In this document: positions 53,475 to 64,000 of the stretch, in pieces
How the letters are laid out: each line of letters begins with the position of its first letter
How positions within the stretch are numbered: position 1 is the stretch's first letter
Assembly (NCBI GenBank): GCA_022813865.1
Contig: JALDZX010000024.1
Location: 186,001-250,000, forward strand
DNA from: Xylographa opegraphella
Lineage: Eukaryota
Direction: 5' to 3'
DNA: 64,000 bases
The notes under the pieces: generated by a model
What the model saw: the letters and a program-made list of their open reading frames with translations, nothing else
Told to the model about the DNA's origin: nothing
Databases searched by the model: none
Program-made: the position numbers and the translations under genes

Positions 53475-53954
53475 GCTGAAGATGTGCTGCTATGAACTGC
53501 AAGGAGATTGAGCTCTAGAAATAGAACCCGCTCTGTACTCTAACACGCGTCTTTCTTCATGATGAGAACAAAGTAGTAATTGTTATGCTGTATGGGTTCA
53601 AGCCTTCAAGATGCAGAAAGCCAGCCTAGCTTTGAAAGCACGACATCCACAAGGTACAAGCAAATACAGCTACGCAGCGACCCGTTCAGCGGGCCTCACT
53701 GAGTACCTTAGTAGGGTCAAGGTGTGGACACACCCTCTTTGTTATAGTTACGTTGACGGCAGAGGCCCCTATCCACTGGAATCTAGCAGGGCCTATCCGA
53801 AGCTTAAGAGCGACCGTTAAGGGGCCCCACTATCTTTTATCGATACATGATTGCCCCTCCTTGACCCCTCCGGCGCCTGCAAAACGGATAGACAGCGACT
53901 GTTCATATTTTCAGCGCATATGTAGAAGGGTGAGTATCACAGCACTCATATTCA

Positions 53955-55932
53955 ATGGCGGTCAGGCACTTAAGTTACATCCAGGTGCTCAAATCACAGT
54001 GCCATTCATCTTTGAGCCAGCGTTCAGTATTACAAAAATTCAGACCGAAAAAAGTCATATTAACCATGATGGCTACCATAGCGACGTACAAGGTTCCCAA
54101 GGTGGAGAATGAAACTATGGTACGCCGAATATCATCTTTGCAAGCATTGGAACCAATGCGAATAATTGTGTTGTCAGAGAACTTATACAAAAGGTTCGCC
54201 CGAACGAAAAGCACTCCAAGCAGCTTTTCAAGCTCTAAAGGAGAAGGCTCCTCTCGAGGTGCCTATTGTCATAGGAGGAAAAGAAGTAAATCATGAACAC
54301 TGGCTCACTTGGTCTCTGCTAATATTTTCCAAAAGATCAAATCTCAGTCAATCCTTACCCAGGCCATTCCTTCTGCACACGTAGAGAAAATTGCCAGCTA
54401 CTCAAATGCAAGCAATGAAGATGTATCACGGGCCATCAACGCGGCCCTGGCAGCCAAGCCAGCTTGGGAAACATTGCCCTTCGCAGATAGAGCAGCTATA
54501 TTTCTCAAGGCCGCGGACTTGGTGGCTGGCAAATATCGCTACGAGATAATGGCAGCAACTATGCTCGGCCAAGGGAAGAATGCCTGGCAAGCTGAGATTG
54601 ATTCGGCTGCTGAGCTGTGTGACTTCCTGAGGTACGTACCGTAGTAGTCCTACTGGCACTTTCACATTAATTGAGGGCCGAAAGATTCAATGTCCAATAC
54701 GCTCAAGAACTGTATGCCCAACAACCAGTACACAATGCGCCAGGAGTCTGGAAGTGAGTACGAGGCCACTACAGATCTGAAAACCACTCTGACTATACAT
54801 CAGCCGAGTCGAGTACAGGGCCCTCGAAGGCTTCGTCTACGCTATCTCGCCGTTCAACTTTACCGCCATTGGTGGCAACCTCCCCTGCGCCCCTGCCCTG
54901 ATGGGCAACGTCGTAGTCTGGAAACCTTCTCCCTCCGCCATCGCATCCAACCATCTCCTTTACAACATCCTACTTGAAGCGGGCCTTCCTCGAAATGTCA
55001 TCCAATTTGTCCCTGGCGATGCCGAGTCCGTTACCTCAGTCGTCCTCTCCCACCCCCAATTCGCTAGTCTTCATTACACCGGCAGCACTGCCGTCTTTCG
55101 CTCTTTGTACGGCAAGATTGGTGAAGGCATCGCCAAAGGCACATATAGAGGCTACCCCCGCGTCATTGGCGAGACAGGCGGCAAAAACTTCCACCTTATT
55201 CACAAGAGCGCCGACCTGCGCAACGCGGTTGTTCAGACCACCCGCGGCGCCTTCGAGTACTCCGGTCAGAAATGCAGTGCCACGTCGCGGGTCTATGTTC
55301 CCTCTTCCCTGTACGAGGACTTCTCCAGGCAGCTCATCGAAGCGACCCAGGCCTTGAAAGTCGGACCACCCGAGGCATTCGAGAACTTCATCGGCCCCGT
55401 CATCCACGCTGCCTCCTTCGCCAAGTTGAAGAAAGTCATCGACGGCGCCAAAGAGGACAAGGACCTTGAGCTCCTCGTCGGCGGCAAATACGATGACAGC
55501 ACCGGCTTCTACATACACCCCACCGTCTACCGGTCCAGCAGCTCTACACATCCCATACTTAGTACCGAGCTCTTCGGCCCTATCGTGGCGCTGTACGTCT
55601 ACGACGACTCCAACATAACCGCCTTCCAGGACGTGTGCGAGCTCATCAATAGTACCTCAGCGTACGCTCTTACTGGTTCAGTCTTCGCTGCTGACCGGGA
55701 AGCCATCCGGTATGCGGAGGACGCGCTGAGAGATTCCGCGGGCAATTTTTACATCAATTGTAAGAGCACTGGGGCGGTGGTGGGGCAGCAGCCGTTTGGG
55801 GGTGCGAGAGCGAGTGGGACGAATGATAAAGCGGGGAGTATGAACTTGCTGATACGGTTCGTGAGCGCGAGGAGCATCAAGGAGGAGTTCGTGGGGACGG
55901 AGAAGGTGGAATACCCAAGCAACGAAGTCTGA
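53955..55932 (+). CDS. PUT2: Delta-1-pyrroline-5-carboxylate dehydrogenase (PrnC/Put2)
   Basis: TMLGQGKNAWQAEIDSAAELCDF, ISPFNFTAIGGNL, GETGGKNFH, AFEYSGQKCSATSR and QQPFGGARASGTNDKAG. Four coding introns and an acid-free N-terminal presequence. Confidence 0.96.
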
Positions 55933-56139
55933 AAGATGTGGTGGAAGTGGGAGTTGGATGAGGTGTACAAATAAGGATATCAAAAAGCACGAGCGAGCCA
56001 TCACGGCGTAACTATATCGATCTTCACCTATTGTCTCAGGATATACTCTACCAACGTTTTTACAAAATTGTCACACCCAACTTTTAGTGTAACGCCAAAT
56101 ACCTGGTATCTTGTCTTTCTTAAAAGTCCTTGACCACCC

Positions 56140-57762
56140 TTATAGCCTCTCTCCCTTCTCTCCTTTCATGGTTCCATACTTCTTCAACCGGATGGCTTGC
56201 ACGCCAATAAAACCTACACCTTGTCAGTGCTACGCTTTCAACAAATAAGTCTCTGCACCAACCAGATGTTTCACTCGGCTCAAACCCAGTAATCTCATCC
56301 ATACTGCTCTCCGTCGCATCGTACAGCTTCTCGGTCTCGGAGCTCCTACCCAACACCATCATCTGACCCTTATACACCCTACACCTGACCTGGCCATTCA
56401 CGTTCTTCTGGCTTGCCTTGATGCTCTCTTCCAAGAATTCCCTCTCCGGAGAGAAGTAGAGCCCGTTGTACAGAATTTTGCTGTAGTTGAACGTCACGAA
56501 CTGATCGCGCAGTGCCCGTACTTCGCGATCGAGTACTAGCCCTTCGAGGTCCAGGTGTGCGCTTCGGAGCATCGTCAGGCCAGGGGTCTCGTAGCATCCT
56601 CGGGACTTGAGGCCGATAAATCGGTTCTCGACAATATCAACGCGACCCACGCCATGACGGCGGGCGATGGTGTTGGCAGTGAGAAAGAGGTCGAGAGGAT
56701 TCGTGACAGCCTTACCCTTCCCAGCCTCATTGTAGGAGAGTTTGACAGGTATGCCCTTCTCAAACGTCAAAGTGAAGTCTTCCGGGTCGTTGGGTGCGGA
56801 TTCAGGGTCCTGAGTCAGCTTCCACATGTCTGTGGGAGGAGTAGTGTTGGGGTCTTCGAGGATACCGGCTTCGTAGGAGCAGTGGGCAAGGTTCTCATCC
56901 ATACTCCAGGGTTTGCTCTTAGTGCTAGTGACCGGGATGGATTGCTGGGCAGCGTACTCGAGAAGGTCGTTCCGGCCGGCGAAGCGGTTGTAGAATTCAG
57001 GGATACGCCATGGGGCAATGACTTTGATGGAAGGCTGGAGGGCGTAGAATGCGAGTTCGAAACGGACTGTGCGAAGTAAAATGTGAGTGATAGTAGAACA
57101 GACCGAACACTAGTAAGGGAGATCGGATGTAGAAAATGTTGACATGTGTAAGGTGCAGTATATCCGCTGTCATAAGAAAAGAGAATCAAGCAGTACGAGG
57201 TCATTGGGCTCTGATCCAAGCCATCTGCCTGCGTTTATTGAAACCGTCCCATATTCCTTTGAATCCACGAATCCATTGGTAATGTTAAGGAAGCAGTCTT
57301 CACTCACCTTGGTCATTCCCTTTTCCTGTACAACCGTGTGAAACAAGTGTGCACTTTGTTTTCTGGGCGACAGAGATCTGAGCGCGGGCTATGACTGGGC
57401 GGGCGAGGGAGGTCCCTACAAGAACAGCATGTTAGCACACATATACTCAAAGTCATTGACTACAACAAAAACCCAGTTCCAGGTCCAGATGACTTACCCA
57501 GAAGATAGATATTCTCGTAAACGGCGTTGCACTGAATAGCAGGGAAACACAACTCCTCCACGAATTCACGACGCAGATCCTCCACGTAAACTTCTTTCGC
57601 ACCAATTTTCAGCGCCTTTTGCTTCGCAGCTTCAAAGTCTTCTTCCTGACCCACATCGGCCATGAAGCAGACAACATCGTAACCCTTCTCAATGAGCCAG
57701 GCGAGAATGCAGCTGGTGTCGAGACCACCGCTGTAGGCGAGACAGACCTTGTCTTTGGCCAT
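56140..57762 (-). CDS. ARG1: Argininosuccinate synthase
   Basis: [49 protein letters not shown] and [16 protein letters not shown]. Three introns; ends ...GEKGERL*. Confidence 0.98.
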
Positions 57763-58371
57763 TGCGGGAAAATATGAGTAATTGGGAAAGTGCTAGTTTG
57801 AGGTAGGTGAGAACTTCAATTGTACGTCTATAAGCCGAGTAAATGGTCTTCTGGCAATGGGAAGTTAAAGTAGAGTTGTAGTGAGAATGAGGAAGCTTTT
57901 GCGTTGCGAGTTAAATTTTTGGCCCACGCTGTGACAACTATCTATCATGAGCCCTTATCTTAGCGCAGAAGCTAAAGGGCACTAAGCGTTTACGGTAAGT
58001 CCAGGCAGTAGCGCCATGCACATTTCAGGCTTTTCAGTCAGGTGGGATGAAAATTAGGAAAGTTGCTTTGCAAGCTTCGGCACCGACTGGGAGGTGGGAG
58101 CACTGCCGGAACATCAGACGCCTACACAACGCATTCACAACCAGGTACCAGCAAGTCAATGGTTGCAGGTCAAGAAACTTCCAGAAAAGGAATCTGTTTT
58201 AGAGAATGACCTAAACAATGAACAAACACCTGCTTCTTGGCTTCCTCTGCAGCATAGTCGCCAGTGAACAACGAATTCGTGGGAACCATTATTCGTTCAA
58301 TTTCACCGCTGCAAAGGAATTCCACCCCAACTCATCAGCGTGAAACCAACAGTCAACATGCTGCTTTTCGA

Positions 58372-60208
<1,837 letters not shown>

Positions 60209-60650
60209 ATTTGATATCACGAGCTAAAGTGCTTTGACTGTAGGTAAACTGAGCAGTCTTAGTCGGCGTTGATGATATAGAGCGTGGAGGAAAGGTGGTG
60301 GGAAATGATATCGATCAAATGTTTTGGTGCGGACGAGGAATCAACAATGGCCTAGCGCGGCCAATTGGTCTGTGCCCCGCCCAACGCGAGTACAGTACTC
60401 AAATCCACCAGTATGTAGCATCTAGGTACCCTGATCACGATGACAGACTTTAGGATAACTCATCAGCATTACCGGGATAACAGCGTCATTCATGGTTACG
60501 CTGAATGCTCTTTATGTAGCCTTAATTTTGGTCAAATGTTGTCCTCAGTAATCCATGACTAATTCGCAATTTTATTGCCTCACTTGAAACCTCGACGAAC
60601 GCCCTTCGCTATGCAACCGTATCTCATGTACTGAACCGCCGCGGTATAAG

Positions 60651-62314
60651 TCAAACTCTTTTCCATGCTATCATGCGTCGAAGGATGTTTGATTCTTCAT
60701 AATGTAATCGACCAGATGGTAGGTCATCCCCAGGCTCCATTTGTATTGTATCAGTATTTTCCAGTCCCTCTCCTTTCACCTTCGCCAACTGCTGCAGCTG
60801 GCCAATCTTCCAGCCTCGGAGAAACCACATACATATGGCAGCTGCAATGTACATGCAGCCAGTAAATATCTGAGCATGAAGATAGCCACCATCACTCTGT
60901 GAGAGCTCTAAAGCTATTGGCTCCGAGACTAAGTGTAAATTAGTATAACAGTATTCAAGTAGGAGATGTGCGACTTACAGGTAGTCGGCATTACGAGAAC
61001 AAGCCAAGTGATGGAGAGCGCGGAAGGCAGCTCTTTCAATCCAACAACTTCAGCGCCCACAGGAGCAATCGTTGTCCAGAAGGTGCCTGCTACAGTACCA
61101 CCGAGCAGAGCAAAGAATATAAGCACACCGAAGCTTTTTGCGAATATCCAGACAACAAAACACAGAAGGCCACAAAAGAATGTCAAAAAGCCCGCGATGT
61201 TGATACGACCAGCAGTGTCACTAAAAATTCCAACTAGTGGTCTGCCAATACCTTGCCCTAAGTTGAGAAGGGCGCCAATGATCGATCCTTGTCGTGGGGT
61301 GAGTCCGATACTCAAGGCATAGTTTGGCAAAGAAAACAGAAGAACCACATAGCCCAGCATACTGAAGAAACCCCATCCTTGTAGTAAGAGATATTCCTTC
61401 CTCTTGAACAATCGGTAATCAAATGCCAACTGAGAGGCCCCAATCGCCTTGTTCCGGTCTTTGATAACAGTAGCACAAATAAAGTTGACGACAAATGCCA
61501 TAATGCCTAGTACACGGAAAGCCCACGGCAGTCCAATTGATTGTATCATAGCGTTCGTTGCCAAGCTGTACACCATACCACCAACTCCACTGCCGGCAGT
61601 ACCGATACCGTTGGCAAGACTTCGTCTTTTCGTGAACCATTGGGGAACAACTCCTACAGTACCAACAAACAAGAAACCCATTCCCCAGCCGAAACATACC
61701 CCTTGAGTAAGGAACAGCTGCCATATCCGAGTCGTGAACGATGCGCCAATCAACCTTAAAAATATTTGTATGAGTTATATATCTTGAAGTTTATCTGAAT
61801 GATAGGATCCTGGATAACTTACGATAAAGTCTCAAAGAATACCCCCAGGAGTAATGTAGTACGTGTGCCAAATTCTCGCGTGGTGTATGTTGCTAATGGT
61901 GATACGAGTAAGGCTTGCGATATTGAGAGACCACCGACAAAGGCGTATTCTAGATAAGTCGCACCCGGATACGTATTGTTCGCGAGGTAGTGGGAGAGAA
62001 ATACACCGTAGGACTACGGATGGTTAGCTGCGTCTTTCATTCTGGACTTAGAAGTGGGCGGTACACTATTCAAACCCCCTACACTCGTTAGCGATCATCC
62101 TTGGAGCATTCGGACCTCTCTTACATGTATGAGCATTGACGCATGCTACCGCTACGACACACACCCAACCATAGCCTCCGTCAGGTGGTATATCAGGTCT
62201 TTCATTAGGTTTCATTACAGATTGCTCTTCATCGTTGAAAGTGACGGTTTTCTCAGAGTCTCCACCGTGTTCTTGCTGGGCTTCGAGAGAGTCAATTGCA
62301 GTCATTGCCATCAT
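60651..62314 (-). CDS. MFS transporter, monocarboxylate-porter (Mch-like) family
   Basis: PPDGGYGWV, LFLTQGVCFGWGMGF, PQWFTKRRSLANGI and SDTAGRIN. Several introns, including a micro-exon (WGLNS). Confidence 0.9.
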
Positions 62315-63182
62315 GAGAGCCTAGTCACGGAACAACTGTTGCAGTTTGAGGACCTTTGAGATTTGCAAGCAAAGTGTGCCAAACGAATAATCCCTGATGT
62401 AAAATTTGGCTACCCAAAGGTCTCCTCGCTTTACTCAGATGATGAGGCACCAATGTCAGCACGAAGCAGTAATAGCAAATGAATCTGCGTGCAATACTTT
62501 AAGTGTGTTCTTGAGCCAAGAAAATCTCGATTCGGTTCGAGTAGACCATTGCCCAAGTACAGTGGTGGTGCCATCGTGAATGATAATTCTTGGACTGCCT
62601 CAATCTGGGGCGAACGATTGAGGTTTGTCATATCGTGCCGTCATTGCCGATACATTCGTAGGCTAAATAAAGCAGGTACATAAGCACGGGTGAGCATTGC
62701 CCACCATGCGAATCGTGCGACATCGCTCTTGAAGCTGCGCTGCCTCGGTTAGAGGTGCTAGCTTTCATATGCCAATTCCACGACAAGAGTGATCGCATCC
62801 TCTAGAATGCCGCCGAGATATCTCATGCTGTTTCACAAAAGATACGCTCCCGAAACGGCAGGGGTGGGTCTAGACTAGTTCATGCTTAGCTTGCCGTTGC
62901 CATGCGCCAATGTTTACATTGAACTTCTTTGTTGGCGATATTGAGAATTTCTCTCGCATATTCTTCAATCCTCATCAGCATCATTCGCTTGGCTGTATAA
63001 TGTTACGTTGTATTTCTATTCCTTCCTCTCCCTAAACTTGTTCATTAACAGCAAATCCGCTCAAGTTCGAGCACAGATTCAAGTCACTATTCGTAGCTAG
63101 TTCTGGTGGTGCATGTACAATGCTGTTGCATCGAGGCAGAAACAGAGACGATAACGTTTCGAAATCACCAGGCCCGACTTTC

Positions 63183-64000
63183 ATGAACGTTGAGCAAGTT
63201 GGTCAGCAATCTTTTGCTAATAGTGCTACTCGCAATTCTTCCCCTTTGAAATTTCTTTTATCTTCTCCGATTGAGCAGCCTGGCAAGATCAAACACTCAC
63301 AGGATACTTGGACAGCTGATTTTCTCACTGACCTACGATCGAAACGCCCCGCTCGGCCCAGCGGGGCACGGCCGCTACCAGTTCGACATGCTCATACAAC
63401 ACCCTTTCCAACCCTCGAACCGCCAGCTCGAACAGCATCCGCCTTGTCAAGGCCTTCGTACTCAATGATACAACCAGACCAGCTTGCTGGTCACTCTGAA
63501 GAAAGGTCGTCCAGTTCGATGTCTCATTGCAGGGCAAAATCTGCTTTGTCGATGCGGGAGCAAGTTGGCAGGCCTCTAGTGCAACAGCCTCTTGCACAGA
63601 TCGATCCCGATTTGACAATCGCGAGTTCTATTTCAGATGAAGCAATTGGTCCGAAGAAGGCGGCTGACACAGTAGTCAATGGGGCCTATATGGAGAGAGG
63701 TCATCGATGGATGGAGAAGCAAGAAGCTCGATCGTTAAGAGCTGCGCTGGAGGATATGGATCTCCGCGAAGAACAGCGGTTACATGCAGCTGCTCAGGAA
63801 GAGGCTACAAACATTATATGGAAGCATCGTAATGCTGGAGTACCATATCGAAACCCTGGAGGCCCTCGCGACTACAAGCAGCATCTCAGAAAAGGAAGCC
63901 ATGCCAGAAGCCAAAGTATTGAAAGGTATGGAGTGCTCGGGAAAATGAGCAATATATGTGGAACAGTCAACCGGTCAGCATCTGACGGTTCAACATCCAC
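63183..64000 (+). CDS. Fungal hypothetical protein (3' partial; start uncertain)
   Basis: Frame is open from about 63279 to the window end: DFLTDLRSKRPARPSGARP...WMEKQEARSLRAALEDMDLREEQRLHAAAQEEA...YKQHLRKGSHARSQS. Possible first exon MNVEQ at 63183 followed by a GTTGGT donor. Confidence 0.65.
   Translation, partial: MNVEQVGQQSFANSATRNSSPLKFLLSSPIEQPGKIKHSQDTWTADFLTDLRSKRPARPSGARPLPVRHAHTTPFPTLEPPARTASALSRPSYSMIQPDQLAGHSEERSSSSMSHCRAKSALSMREQVGRPLVQQPLAQIDPDLTIASSISDEAIGPKKAADTVVNGAYMERGHRWMEKQEARSLRAALEDMDLREEQRLHAAAQEEATNIIWKHRNAGVPYRNPGGPRDYKQHLRKGSHARSQSIERYGVLGKMSNICGTVNRSASDGSTS

Noticed and set aside
53559..53702. C/D snoRNA candidate (ATGATGA...CTGA)
   Set aside because: The boxes are about 140 nt apart with no terminal stem or recognisable rRNA guide, and it lies in a divergent promoter.
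60472..60489. CCGGGATAACAGCGTCAT resembling an I-SceI site or LSU rRNA fragment
   Set aside because: Only 14/18 match with no flanking rRNA similarity; consistent with chance.

Overview
Gene-dense, intron-rich segment of a filamentous ascomycete (Pezizomycotina) nuclear genome, judged from GT-AG introns with CTRAY-type branch sites and fungal housekeeping genes. I reconstructed 21 protein-coding genes by hand across introns: PUF6 (5' partial), a tandem double-GNAT acetyltransferase, two hypothetical proteins, an RGS-LOV-type blue-light sensor, VPS26, gluconokinase, SLD3, the SSK2/Wis4 MAPKKK, a MEP/Amt ammonium transporter, an S10 carboxypeptidase, CUS2/Tat-SF1, RSC7/NPL6, SAM synthetase, GPN3, an APQ12-like protein, PUT2, ARG1, beta-tubulin, an MCT-type MFS transporter and a 3' partial hypothetical gene. 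I found no convincing tRNA, rRNA, CRISPR array or transposon. The most notable unexplained structures are non-coding: (i) a strictly 13-bp-phased CGGA(A) array in the VPS26/gluconokinase divergent region; (ii) a putative doubly spliced uORF ahead of gluconokinase; (iii) an orphan transcript-like unit with nested inverted repeats at about 17.3-18.2 kb; (iv) a long ARG1 intron with a cryptic acceptor inside a stem; (v) a 13-bp promoter motif shared by SAM2/GPN3 and ARG1. All family assignments come from motif recognition, not database searches, and no novel system is demonstrated.
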